From Mesotaenium endlicherianum (Eukaryota), in NCBI GenBank assembly GCA_009602735.1, contig WELA01003597.1:751157-815156 (forward strand): a DNA stretch of 64,000 nt, in the 5' to 3' direction. Both the position numbers and the translations under genes were made by a program. This document shows positions 25,538 through 39,400 of this stretch, piece by piece. The notes below the pieces were generated by a model, which did not search any database, was not told the DNA's origin, and was given only the letters and a program-made list of their open reading frames with translations. Each line of letters starts with the position of its first letter. Within the stretch, counting starts at the first letter, position 1.

Positions 25538-27010
25538 CCTCACTGCTGCTAAGGTGCACGTCCCTTGCTATCGAATGTGTTCACGACTATAAGCAACCAC
25601 GAGTCAAAGATGGCGAGTCTCTAACAGCTACAGTGGAAGAGCGCAACTTGGCAAAAAAAAGTGCTGGAAAACTTTCACAGTTTCAGCTTTTACTCGTGCT
25701 CATCTTAATTTTCCCGACTTCCATCCAAGTCCCACCAGAGAACTGAGGCTAGAGCTCACTGGAGCTGGGCGGAGGGTAGCTGGAAGAGGGGTATATATTT
25801 GCATGTTGCTATATTGCCGCTTCCAATGTGCAGTATCATGTTGAGGGCTCGACCAAACCGTGTGGGTGATCCTTTAGATCGCGATTTTTGGAACATCGTG
25901 GTCGTGAGTTTTGACATCGTGATAAACTCGTAACGAATTCCAGAACATGTGTTTTGTACCAGTCCACAGGTACGGACTCCGAACTTCGAGGATAAGGAAA
26001 CATAAGAAACCGCGTGTAAAACGAGTGAAACAAATTCATGTGCTTTGACCAGCTTAAGCTGACCTTGAGCTCTCGTCATCATCCAAGTTGCACGATAATC
26101 TCTCTTGGTCTCTTCCAGTTTGGCCATTCAACAGCTGCCACGAGCTTTAGCTTTTCTGCAGCAGTCTGCAGGCTGCCGCGGGATTTGCATGATTCTACAG
26201 AATCGCCATAGTCGCGACATTTTCACACGGTTAAGCCATAGCTAGAGCCCAGTAACATCACATGAATGTACAGCAGAAACCATCTGCTACCATCGGGCTA
26301 CCGTAGTCAGACCATGGTGCTCCTCCCAGGCTCCCCCTGAAATTTCGGCTTTCCACTTCTATCACCACGTGTCTGAAGACAATACCTCTCTGCCTCAACG
26401 TTGAATCTTAGTCGTCAGAGGGGGAAGCCCTTCAAAAATTTCTAACATTTTCCTGATAAATTTTAAAAGAATCAGATACTAAATATATTAGTATAACTTC
26501 AATTGTACATATCTTACGTGCACTACTCTTTGTCCTTCCAAACTCGCAAAATATATATCCTTCGGGCCCGTTCATCATTAGAATGCTGTATGGGAGGCGC
26601 AAGCTATCTGCCTAGTGTGTCACATCCGCTTCACCTTCTCCTAGGGTCCGACCATAACTGCCTTACCAGCTGCAAGAAGGATTTAGCTGACACTTCCTCT
26701 TGGCCCCTCATGGTAGCACATTTCTTATTTATTTGTTGAAACTGTGAGAAAACTCTGTTTCCAATGTTAGTGCCTCTCTCGAGTGGGATTTGCGGCTGAT
26801 CAGTACGCATCCAAAAAATTGTGAGAAGCTGATAAATGTACCCGTCCGGAAAGTACTATACTGCTTAGTAGGTCGACGTCTTCAAGGAACAGGATTTTCG
26901 TCGGGATCTTGGAGCTAGAATCTCTAAGACCCAATTTTTTTAGCTACCGATTTGTGAAAGGTGGTTGTTTCTTATACATCAACCAGAAGCTTTTGAGGTC
27001 AACAGTTGCT

Positions 27011-28146
27011 ATGGCAACCAGACCAGCTCCATACGCCACCCATATAGATGTTGGGAAGCAGGACGGGAATACTGCAGTTTCTGTACCTTCACCTACTGCC
27101 CCATGGGAAAAGGACCAGTCTTCCAGAAATCCAGTCAAAGGAAAGAAAGACTCTGCCTCTCAGATACAGCAGACTACAATATCTGCTCCATATGGTACCT
27201 CGGAGAATTTTCCTGTACTTGTATCCCCACAGAAGATCATCACTAAGAGTGCGCCCGCTCCATTCGGCACATCCAGTGATGTACCTGCGGCCAAGGGAGT
27301 GCTAATCGCGCCTCAAAGCCCTCCTTTTGGTACAGTAGCCGACATGGAGTTTAAAGGGGATGTAAGTCTTCTTTCACCATACAAGAATTTGCAGCCTATC
27401 AAAAGTTTGAAAGACGCCAATTAAGAGTACTGGTCTGGCAAAAGCTGTAATAAGTATAGGAGAATGTGGATTTATACTGTTCTCCCATTTCCTGGTGCTC
27501 AGTTTAAGATAGGATGGTCTCCTGACTCAAGTGCCCCTCTTTTCAGAGAAGATGGCCAGAATGGCCTGGTAATATTCATCAAGAACCGTGGCGCAGGTCC
27601 ACGGAAGGCAATTTGGAAGCAAGCAGCCTTATTTTTAAATAAAACATGTATATGCCCAATTTTAGTTTGTAGGTAGTCTGGGTGGTTTTCAGGATAAAAC
27701 TGATGTTGATTGCAAGGAGCTAGTTTTTGGTTGTCCTGAGTTGTGTAGCAGCAGTGCCTGTGGTATCTAACACAAAGAACATACCAAATGACAAGGCTGC
27801 GTCTGAAGGCAGCAGATGTATCCTGATGAATTGTTCCTAGAACATGCCTAGGGCTTGAGTCAATTGATGTCATAAATCCTGGACACCTCAACATGGGGCT
27901 TCTCGTAGTAATCTGTCAAACAAGTGAAGTGGCTTCATGCCTGCCATTTTTTTGTTCAAACATTTCTTTCTTCTTCCAGTCAATGAAAGGGCAGTCTCTT
28001 TTACGTACCGTGGCATAACCTGGGGGGATAATCATCAGCAAGCAATGGTGACTCATCGTCAGCAAGTGCTATCTTTGGGTACGCAGGCGGCAGGAGCCAG
28101 GAGTAGTGCACCGTGGGAGCGCGATGAGAGCAAGTACACTCACAAG
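27011..28146 (+). CDS. Hypothetical protein with AP[FYW] repeats. Exon 27011-27361, probable exon 28087-28146, possible exon about 27509-27568; 3' end unresolved
   Basis: ATG at 27011, 117 open codons ending at a strong GAT|GTAAGT donor; repeated APYAT/APWEKD/APYGT/APFGT/PPFGT motifs; a downstream phase-0 exon (cag|GCG..AAG|gtac) repeats APWERD. Confidence 0.6.
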
Positions 28147-30890
28147 GTACAAAGCACCCTCTTTTAAAACCTGCTGTGTAACAAAGCAAGAAACAATCTC
28201 CCTCCGCTGAGTTCCGGTGAAATTTACACGATTGCAGAGTAGTTGTGGCGGCATGCATTGGTGACATATGTTGGTGTGGCTGTGGAAGCAGCGTACTTTG
28301 TGCATGTCTGAGGTGAGCTAGGACTTCTTAGTGGCTGTAGCAAGTACCAGATGTGATGCAGAATTCGTCAGAGTTGGTAATTCTCTGCGGTCTCGTCTTT
28401 GGTATTGCTGCCATGTTAAAACTATGTTGTGTTTAGTGCCGCTTGTAATGTGTACAGAGTTCTGCATTCCTTCTTCATTCAGCTTTGGCTAGGCAGCCTG
28501 ATAAGCTGTCAAGCATACCTTCACGCGTGTTAGTCCAGACTGAGGGGTTTGAATGTTTCAAGCTTGCTCTCATCTGGTCGTGTCTACTTGTGTAGTGGTG
28601 CTGGTCCACCTTGAAAGAGCTGTATGCGCTGCATCTAGATTCGATGCACTCAGGTCAGGTTGCCCATCTGTTCCACCTCATCGTGGAGATTCCATATCTA
28701 GTTATTGTATCAATACCGGCGATGAGGCAGGCCGCCTGTTGTATTGAGTAGCCTTAGCACTCTCCCTGCTTGGGTTGAGCTTCAGTGTCACTCTCAGTGG
28801 AAGAGAGAATCCGGAAGTAGAGAGAATGCTACCAACCAAGTGCAAGCTTTGGCACTTGTAGAATGTGATAGGTGCAGGCAAAGGGCCTTGTGGCATTTGT
28901 CAAGGTTATGGGGTTTTACTTGACCAGTAAGGACTAGTGAGGGGTCGGGTGCTCGACAGTGGTTCCAGGTCAGCAAATGGGCCAAGTGTGTCCACTGCAG
29001 TCAATTTTCTCAGGGGAGAGTTTCCTGCCAGAGCAGCCTCAGTGGGGTGGTGGAGGGCAGCAGTTGGGATGGTCAGGCACTCTCAGTATGCCTGGCACTG
29101 GCTTGACCTGGCAGGAAACTGATGGCATGTGAAATTTCGGGGGGGCGCACGGGGGGGTTTGCAGGGGAAGACAGGTTTTGGGAGCCGTGATGCGCCTTAC
29201 GCAACAGAGTCATCCGATTGAATGCTCTCGCTTCTCTAAATGGAGTGGTAAGTAGGAGAACCCATTCTGCTCGAGTATGCTGAGGAGGATGTGTTAGCGT
29301 AACTTCTTTGCAGTCATCTGCTCGGACTGTTTCTGACCGATTGTTGACTTGGACCATATCTGCTTAAGGACTAGCAACTGTGATGTCACTGTAGGCACCA
29401 GCCAATAGCTGGAACCAGTTTGTCTGTCCGGTGCGGTATGTGTTGTAACCTACTGCTTCGTGTTGCTTTCTAGTACAGTACGGACAGCAAGGAGCTTTTT
29501 GAGGCTGTGACTTTGTTCTGTTGCTAGTTTTTCAGGCTTTTGCAAGGGTGTCGAGGTTCTCTCTGACGGTCAATCTACGTGCAACTCTGATGCTTCTGCA
29601 ATATTGCACCTTTTTTTTTTGCCAGACCATACAATACGTGCCGTGGAACACATTTGTTATGGGGAGCATGGGACATGATTGACATTCTCATCAAGTCATG
29701 TTTCTCGAATGAAAACAGTGAGTTCAAGCTCTTGTACGATGCTGCAGGATAGAAAATATAGTCTTTGGTTAGGTGTCTCTAGTTCCGTCAATTTCAGTTA
29801 CAACAGATCCAACATCTCTGCTAGGGCAAAAGTTACTGCATGTACTATGCATTTGTTAGGTAGTAGGTAGGACAATGATAGTCATATAGAAATACTTGAA
29901 AACTCCACAATATTTATAAGACATGCAGCTTCGTTCCTGCCACTGAGGTGGCGGGCTGAAGTGCTCTCTTGGTGGCACACAATTTCAAGGAATTGGCCAA
30001 TGGTCGGTGTTGAATGGCAGTATTTGAGGCTGAAACAGCTTTTTTACATTGTCTGATAGCAGATGCATTTTTTACTTCTTGTGGTTTACTACATAGAGCT
30101 GTGCTGAAACATGAGCTTCACTCGAATGCCTTCAAAATACCAATGCTCATCATGTTACCATTCCTGAATGCCGGCAATTGCAACACCGGATTTTTCAAGC
30201 CAGTTTACATGATTTAGAAGCGCATATAGGATGCTCACGTATACGTTTGGTGCTTCAGATGTTGAGACGCACAAGATGACACAGTGCTCATACCTTTCAA
30301 GCAGTGGAGGAGCAAATTTTAGTTCTCTAGTCTGGCCATAAGAGGTGAATCACAAGCAAACTACCCACAAGCCTCTGAAGCGTCTGTACGCATCTACGCA
30401 CTTGACTACCTTCATCATGAACCTCTTTCCAAGGACAGGAAAGTTAGCTGAGGGCAGAACATTGCAGTCCTACTACTACTACATTAACATCCCAAGCCAT
30501 TAAGTGTCGTCGATGTAAATGCCCCACAAAAATCTGGCTACCCACCTCTGCTGAGCACTTCAACTCACTTGAGTTGTGCGCCCCGCTCACATACTTGTCC
30601 GCCGGTAAGAGTAATCAACTGAGTCAGGGAGAATGTGCTAGCTTACTCCAATCCTCCAAACTTGTTCCTCCAGTCTGCTTTCATCCAGTGGAGGGTGACA
30701 CTCGAGTATCCAACATGATCAAATGACGAACGATACCGATGCTTCACATCCCCGCTTGTGGCTGCGCAAAACCAGGTGAGAGGGGTATGTTGTGTGTGCT
30801 GCAGGAAGTGCAATCGGTTGCAATAAACCACCAGCGTATGTATATGTACTCATATTTACGACTGCCTCCATCCTGGCCCGCTGAGTGCCA

Positions 30891-32408
30891 CTACTGCACC
30901 ACCACGCAGTGCTTGGAGGAGAGGAAGATGCAGCGCTCGTCGGCGGGCGTGCCCAGGCACTTAAGCAGGAAGAAGCCCAGCCGGTGCAGGGCCTCGAGAG
31001 CGCGGTGCCGCAGGTACTCCCCTTGGTGGCCGGCCCAGCGCGTGCCGAAGCGCAGCAGCAGCTGGCACACGGGCAGGTCCGCCTGTCGCGCGTCCCACTC
31101 GTTGATGAGCTCAAATTCGCCGCCCGCAATGTCCACCTTCAGGATGTCCACCTTGGCGTGCTTGAGCTCGTGCATCGTCGTGTCCAGCCGCTTCCCCGGC
31201 ACCGCAAGCGGAGGGGCCACGAACACGTAGCCGTCCGGGTGCACCGTCAGCGCCGTGTAGATGCCGGGCGGCTGCGTGGGCCAGGCTAGCGCGTTGACGC
31301 GGTACTCGCCGTCGGCGCCGCCGGCAATGCACCAATCGTGGAGGTGGATGCGCGGGCTGATGCGCGCGCCCAGCCGCTGCTTGGCCCACCGCACGCCGTG
31401 CGGCGTGGAGTCAAACACGTGCACAAGAAAGCCCCCCTTGGTGATCATCTCGGCCTCCCACGTAAGATTGCGCCCCATGCCGACGGAGTAGATGACGCTC
31501 TTGGCGTGCAGCCCCTTGAAGTAGATGGGCCACTGGGACCCGGGCGCGCCCACCTGCTGCATGTACCCCCAGCGCCCGATCAGGCACAGCACGACAGGTG
31601 GCGGCCCGCGGTAGCGCGTGACGGAGTCCTGCAGCGCCGCGTTCTCCGTGACGCACTGCTTGAAGGGGCGGCTGACGATGGACTTGCGGATGAAGGCGGC
31701 CTTGGGGCCGGCGGAGCGGTCAAACAGCGTGTCCCAGTTCTCCTCCCAGGGGCCCTCGGCGTTGCAGAGGTCCACCTGCAGGCCGGCACCAATGGCGCCC
31801 CAGATGGGGTCCACGGCCGCCAGCTGGCGCTGCGTCTCGTTGCCCGTCGCGGCAGGGTGGCAGGGGCGGCACTTGGCGCCGTTGAGGGCGCCGCGGGAGT
31901 TGATGGAGACGACGGGCACGGCCCAGCGCGCAAGCGGCCACATGTACTGCCGGTGGCTGAGGATGCAGAAGGGGAAGTCGGCGCGGCCCACAGTGATGTT
32001 CTGGATGAGCAGCTGCGCCTTGAAGCTGCTCTCCGAGTTGAGCTCGCGAAACCCGCGGTTGCGCAGCAGCGGCAGCACCGACAGCCGCCGGAGCGCGGCC
32101 TCGCTGAGCTTGTGCGTGCCCACGCCCAGGCGGTCGTTGAGGCCGTTATAGTCGGAGCCGTGCGGGATGGTGTACTTGCGCTCGTCCAGCGCGCTCAACG
32201 GGGGCGGCTTGCCATTCCAGAAGCCGTCCACACGCGTGCGCAGCACCCACTTGTACTCCATGTTGTGGCGCCGCTCGTGGTCTCGGATGAGGCGCGTGCA
32301 CCCCTCCACCAGGTCAAAATACAGCAGCAGGCCCTGCACCCCCGCCCGCCGCACGCCCATCCATGGCTCGCTCCACATGTCATGCGCAAAGCCAGAGAGG
32401 GAGGGAGG

Positions 32409-32450
<42 letters not shown>

Positions 32451-33241
32451 TGCACGCACTCAGCAGCGCTCCTTCCACACGCAAAAGGCCAGAGACACGC
32501 TTCCACAGAGCACGCGCGCGAGCACTCAGCGGCGCTCCATGCCCATGGTTAAAGCCCCAGCCGCCTATTGGAAATGGATAGAAGCCTCCCAGGTATTCAG
32601 CATCTGCTATGCCACCCCTGTCCCCTGCTTTGCCCCCCTCCCTCCTCCCTTCTCCCCTCCCCACACAGTGCAGAAGACATGCAGATCTCCCACTCACACA
32701 CACAGAGGACAGTGATCAGCTCTCGGTCCTCTCCACAGCTAGCTGCCTAGAAGCTGACCATAACTGTTCAGATTGCGATCCTCCCCCCCACTGTACCTCA
32801 TTTCTCCCCCGCCCCCCCCCAACCCCGAAACCTGTTCAGGCCAAAGAGCCCAGGGAATCCTAGGGAACCCTAAGAACATCAAGCAGAGAGAGGGAGAGAG
32901 AGCTTGGAGAAACAGATAGGAAGAGCCCTGTCGTCTGAGCTCTGCTGGCCCATCAACCCTTCCTTGCTCCCATCCTCCAGATTTTGCTTCAACTTCTTCA
33001 TTTCATCATCCCCCAGCAACCCTAATTGTATCACAAGCACGTGCTATGTGCTCTATATGCATAGACCCCATGGTGCTGCTACAAGGCGTGTGCTTGCTCA
33101 CATGCCAGCCTGCGTGAGTGAGTGCGTGTCAATAGGGTGGCCCCAGTACACCCGCCACACGCAGTTGCTACGAGCCCCACACAAACCCATGTTGCTACGA
33201 GGTGTGTGCTTCCTCATGTGCCTGAAAGAATATGCGCGCGC

Positions 33242-33277
<36 letters not shown>

Positions 33278-34627
33278 GTGTGTGTGTGGAGGTGGTACAT
33301 TTGACAAAGAAAAGGGAGGCCGGTCGGCTGGCTGGCTGACGGGCGCACCTGCACGGCGTTGGGGGAGCCGTGGGCGGTGAGGACGAGCTCGGTGGTGCGG
33401 TCCTCCTTCATGGGGCCCTGGGCAAACACGCGCATGGCCACGATGTTGCGCACGCCCTGCAGGATGGTCAGCTTGTGCGAGTTCTCGTCGATGGGCATGT
33501 TGACAAACACGTCGGAGTTGGGGTACGCGCTCAGCAGGTTGTCCTTCACCGACAGCCCCGTCAGCTCGAACGAGCGCGCGCCTCCCACCAGGCAGATGGC
33601 CATCCTGTCCACCTGCACGCATGCACGCACGCATGGGACACGTGGCACTCGGTTTGTTTCTGCTGGTCCGGAGGTTTGATGTCAAGCCCTGTGGTGAAGT
33701 TGACTAGATTTCGGATGGGGATCAGAGGAGAGAAGAAGACTCCATCACCAAAAGCGCTGATGAGCTTGGCACTAGGTCACACTTGGCAGAACCCCTCCCC
33801 TCTGTCTGTCTCCTGCAGAGAGAGCAAACGATGCACGAGGCTAACGCATACATCAGGCTGACCACTCCGCATGTGACGAGCAGCGAGGAATGCTCAGCAT
33901 CCACCTTGGCTAGGCAAAACGTACTCTCAGCTGCAGGAACTGGCCAGAGCTGCAGAAGACCTAAAGTCATCAACTTAGCCACTAAGTCGATGCCTTCAGA
34001 AAGCACTGGAGATGTCCAACGCGCAGCAGCGCTGAGGCTTCTTCTGTGGTCGCACAAAGGCAAAGCAACCTCCGTCCTTCAGCCACTACCAGATCAAGGA
34101 CGTGGCCTGCTAGTCCTCTGCTGTAAGAAGAGGTGCATCAGTCAGCTGGTACACCTTCGAGACAAGAGGCATGTCCTGATACCGCTTTGACCTTGCATGG
34201 CTGTAGCTTGAGCATATCCAGCCATCGTTTGACAACCTTCTCAGTAAAGTTGATGAGCAATACAGCCCACCAGTCAAACAAACCCGTCTGTTTCTATGAA
34301 TGTACATAGACTATCTTGACTAGAACAATCTAGCTGGTTTCAGTCAACCTCATAAAGCAAAGCCACAAGCTGTGATCCTCCTTTGACCAACCATCTTCAG
34401 CTTACCTTCTTTCTTTTCCAAAGGGTGGACTGCTCCAGACGCCTGATGACGCGAGTAATAATGGGAAGCCTGTCGTGTTCTGTTCCGTCCTTGGTGTAGC
34501 CTTTCAGCAATGCCTGAACCTCAGTAAGGTATAGGGTCGTGCAGCAGAGAAGAAATAAAAGTACTCCAACAATGCTGCAAACAGGCCATCTTCTTCTCCA
34601 CAATCTCCAGCCCAGTTGAGGAGACAT
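30891..34627 (-). CDS. Type-II membrane protein, about 642 aa: conserved plant uncharacterised GT-like domain (DUF7796-like) plus C-terminal FkbM/Methyltransf_22 (METTL24-like) SAM-methyltransferase domain. Exons 34627-34406, 33612-33349, 32333-30891
   Basis: N-terminal basic stretch plus TM (WPVCSIVGVLLFLLCCTTLYL); AICLVGGARSFELTG, SPNAVQGLLLYFDLVEGC, YKWVLRTRVDGFW, GLNDRLGVG, LNSESSFKAQL, LNGAKCRPC recall a land-plant family; VIYSVGMG..WE..VHVFDST and VDILKVDIAGGE recall FkbM-type methyltransferases. Both introns are phase 0. Family names are from memory. Confidence 0.85.
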
Positions 34628-36411
34628 AACGGATTACTTCCAAATTTGCAGTCTTACACTCTGTTGATCCTTCCAAGACATGGTAGTTTTACCCCTCGTG
34701 ACACTAAGCTCAAGTATTTTAGTGCTACTTACATCAATTCCGCATCACTCCATGGTCCACATTCAACAAAAAGTTTGATTATTACTTTCTACAAGAGACG
34801 GTCCAATTTCCTGCCACGTGGCTTCTGCCGCGGAAACATTTAGAAGCTGAATCATATAACGAAGGTCTCCATTAAGCTACTATTCTGATCCTCCATGCGG
34901 TCTTCAAATTTCTTCGCAGCTAGGAGATCAATTAAAAGCACCTGGTCGCAGAAGCACTGCAATGTTTTCTTGTGTCCAAGACCATTCGCATCAAGTTATC
35001 CCTCTCCAAGAGTACCGCAGATGATTAACAAGGTCAAAATTAAGGCAAACCACATCCATCACTATTCAAAAGAACAAGCTTGGCATGACACTAGCGAAGC
35101 ACTGGATGGAGTTCGACGATGAATTAGAAGAGCAGTAAACTGCTGGCTACAAAAACTCAACAAATATGCCTCCAGGCACCTCCAGGTACTTTCGTGGACC
35201 TCACGAGGTCAGCGCGCCAACAGACGGGTCAATCTGGTTACGTTTCGGTAATGTGGGGGTTATTTGGGCCATTTTCGATGAGCCCATTCGAGCTCGGTTA
35301 TTAATATTACTACATTACTACAGTACCACTTTCTACTTCCTGCCGATTATCGCCTCGTCCTATTCCAGTCAACACTTCTGCTGCTTCTCAGTGTTCTCAC
35401 CCTTTCTATGTATTCCCACGTGTCATCTCCAACGAGCCCTCTGAACGAGCTGGTCCAGAGCTGGTCTGAACTCTGAAGTCCAGTCTCAGCCTGCCAGTTA
35501 ACACCTCGTTAGTAAAACAAGTTGGCCTTGCTGAACCTATCGAGAAGTACCTGATTTCATTATTATATTTGGTCATTTACGGCAATCTACGGCCATAAAC
35601 AAGCTCCATCCAGGGCTCAAAGCATACATCGAGCCGTAACGAGCAGGTCCCATCGCGCCCGATCGAACCGGGTCGAAAGAAGACTGCACTTTTAGGTGCT
35701 TTTAGGGTGTCAAGAAAAAGACAGGTGTCGATATCGATGGCGCCCACACAAAGGCCGAAGATTCACTAAGAGCAACCTAGAGGGCCGTGGATGTGCCAAC
35801 TAGGCAAGGTTCTGCTGCTATCGTCCACGGAACTCTCGATCAGAGTCGGGATTCGGGAGTCGAGAGTCAGGCTCGGACCCCTTTGGACAGCATAGGATAT
35901 AGAAATGTACAAAACTATATATTATTGTTACTGATATATCGCCTCGGCTCGTCCCTCATCCATCCTTAGCCATCCCACCATTCCCAACTATCCCATGACG
36001 TTGCTTCAACATTTCCCGAATTCAAAAGCGGAGATATATTATATATAAGGGACGGGACATTATTTTTACCTTTAAGCCTGACTTCGCGACCCCCATTCCC
36101 TGTTTTGAACGTAGGCACAATAGGTCGTCTATTGCAACAGCTGGATGTTCACATGAACAGATATACCATATAAAATGGGTAATTCATGTTCATAGTGGAC
36201 TTTCAACCTGCTTGAACAACAACGATGACTTTTCAAAGGCCTTCTTCTTTGATCTACACCTGTGTTATGTGTGGGCTAGTAGGGTTTTCACACTTGTAGT
36301 TGAAAAATTGTCAAGGAACTTGTTTGGCTTGGCGCTTGGGCAGAGGATTATAATACGCATACCTGTTTAGAAGAAACGGGAAGGTCAGGGCATCTTCTGT
36401 AGCATATAAGG

Positions 36412-39400
36412 ATGGATGTCTATGATTCGGACCCCGAAGAGGAGGAGGAGGAGGAGGAAGAAGAGGACGAAGATCAGGAAGGAAGTGAGTATAATGATGA
36501 AGATTATGGGTTCGAGTATACTGGTGAAGGGGAAGACGACCCGGTATCTAAAGCCTCCCAGGTAGTCTTTTCTCGTTTCCCCGTTCCTCAATTCTTATGT
36601 TGGACTATCATGTCGGAAAATTTCAGAGAAGTGACGAGCGCTGCATGCACAGTGTTCCGCTCAAACATGTACGTCCCGGTCATCAAATCCGTTTCTGTGG
36701 GTTTTTCCAACCTGATCTCAGCGTGACAGTTTTTTGCCTGTCGTTGAGCAGTCGGTAGCGTACACAGGACCCCTATCCTTACGCTTTGACTAGCACGCGA
36801 GCATTCTCTTTCGACAGTAACACCTTTACTGTGAGATTTTTCACGTGTAAATTGGGAGGCACTTGTTAGCTACAGAACACGATTAGTGGGCAATCGCTTT
36901 TTAGCTTTTGTGCTAGTGCGGCTCCAGCAGCGCCAAGAACCTCATGTCAGTTCTGCAAGGGTTTGTTACTTACGAGTAGCTCCGCCTCTTTGTGTGGAAG
37001 GAAAGCTTCTGAGTGGTGCCTGCAGTGTGTGGCGTAGTCCATTAGGCTCAGTCATTGAGCCTGGGAGACTTTTCTTGGGTCTTCGCACCTTGGCAGGCCA
37101 ACTACGTGGTGCTCTCTGAGGAGGACATCTTGCATCGTCAATCAGAGGCCATTGATGACGTCGCAGCCGTACTCTCAATCTCAAAGACTGAAGCAGGCAT
37201 CCTCTTGCGGCACTTCAAATGGTAATTCTGTGCCTGTGCATGTCTTTCTTATGTGGCTAACTCAGTCTGAGCACAGACTCCAGTCATATGTCGACAGCTT
37301 CAGGCTAATTATAAGGGCATCATCAGCATCCACCTATGCAAGGGTGTCCAAGCATGCGCAGATGTCAAAGCAAGCATGTGGTTGTCATGTGCTGCAGACA
37401 ACCTCTACAGACAACCTCTTTCAGCTGTCATCAGGGCTAGGGTTGAACCGGGGTGGGGGGGACATGGGGTCAAGCTATGTGGACCACGCAACATAAAGGG
37501 TGACCTGCAGCTGGCTGTTTCAGTCATTGACAGGTGCTTTGAAGCTCGCGTAGAGAAACTTCACAAGAGTAGCTCTTTTGGTTTCAGATGTTTGACACCT
37601 GGCATGACTGTAGGCTAGCAAGCATGTCTGACTTGATGGGAGCTCGTGCCATGCCGAGTGCACATATTTCTGAGAGGCTGAGGCTCACTCCTTTCTCTGC
37701 TGTGCTTGTGTTGTCTTCTGATGAAAAAGTGTGGCTTAGTTTGCCAGGTGTTTTGGCATGTCATGTTCAAGGTTGGATCTGCTTTTTCCAATTGAGTAAT
37801 CTGGTACTTGCAGATTGTCCCGGCATGCTCTTAGACCTACGATGAGGCTTTCAGCAAGTCTGAGGTCTGAGGAATCAAGAGGGGGTGATTGGTGCAGTGA
37901 CGGACGGGCAAGGGTGCAGGCTGCAGAGGCCCTTGCTACCCACGTGCTCATCTGCTCGCGCATAGCGCCCCCCTGCTATTTAGCACGTCTGTTGCCAAAA
38001 CACTCATACACACACACGCACACGTGTGCGGGCGAGGTGATTGCCAACAAGGTTGAGCTCACTGGCTCGCTAGCGGTGCTGTGTGGCTGGCTGATCTCTG
38101 CGGGCCCTGCTCCCTTCCCTGGCCCTGCGCGGGTGTGTAGGAGCGTGAGCCGGGTGCAGGACGAGTGGTTCCAGGACGAGGAGAAGGTGCGCCAGCTGGT
38201 GGGTCTCCCCAAGGGCAGCGAGCACCGGGTGATGAGCAACGACGCGGTGTGCACTCTGCCTCTTCCTTCTCGGACTCCCCGCCAGCCAGGGAGGGCATGT
38301 TGGGCATGTCTTCCCCCCCCCTCTCTCGCGCTTGTGCATGACCCGCCCACACCCTCTCAGTGCTGCGGCTAGGAGAGGAGGTTCCAATGAGTTCTCTGGC
38401 GCGGGTGTTTGTCAGAATGGAGGTATGTGTATGCATGTAAGTACATGTATACTCATGTGTGTGCACATGTGTGCACATGACCACATATGAGGGGCACAGA
38501 AATGCAGTACTCCCTAAGAAGATGATGCGAGCAGAATGAAGGACAGGGTAGTGACAAATCTCGGGAGCTCGAGTGGAATGTGCCAATTTACTCGTCGTCT
38601 AGCCACTGATTGCTACCGGCACGGAAGGACACGTGGCGTGCTGACAAGGCCAGTGAGCAGAGCACTGGTGTAGTGCATGTCAGAAGTGATGGTGAGTGTG
38701 GGCGGGGCACCGGGGGTGGGGAGGGGGGGAGAATGATTTGTTGACTTTTGACTGGAAAGCATAACGTGGGGAACGCTCAGCGCAGAGGGGCACACCCTCT
38801 GCATATCCTCTGGATGGTTTTGTGGGTGGGTGGGTGGCTGGAGTAGATCCACTGCCCTAGACTTCCTGCTCCTGCTGCTTGCCAGCATGCGGGCAGGCAG
38901 AAGTCATAGGCTGAAGGAGAGCCTGGATTGCAGCAGCCGAGATGCATGCAGGCTGAGTATGAGTCTACAGGCTCTTGGAGTACAGCTGTGACTGCTGGCG
39001 CTTGCGCGCATGAGGGCACGTGCCCCCTGATGGATTGGGGAGAGGGAAGAGTCCTGGGGTGGGGTTGGCACACGTTTGCTGTTCGTCTAAGCCCTCTCTT
39101 TGGCCAGAGCAGCAGCAGAGGAAGTGAGTGAGAGGCGGAAGTTTCACCATTCTGCAATTGTGCCTCTTCCAGCCGGGCGTAAGGGCGGTTGAAATTTGGT
39201 ACCAGTTGGGCTGGAGAGCATGAGGGGCAGAAACTAAGAGGAGGGGGTGAGAGCTGTGGCTATGGCTGCCGGGGTTCTGGCTGCGAGCGCGAGCGTGCAG
39301 TAGGGTTGTTGCAAGTGTGCGTGCTTTGCATGGTGTGGGCGCCTCTTGATTGGGACTTGCCTCCTGTTCTTTCCGGGGCGTGAGCAGGTGACATGTGGCA

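Noticed and set aside
25756..26127. ORFs upstream of arginase with faint hAT dimerisation-like PVDWYK
   Set aside because: No SxxxERxFS motif or TIRs; more simply the promoter region.
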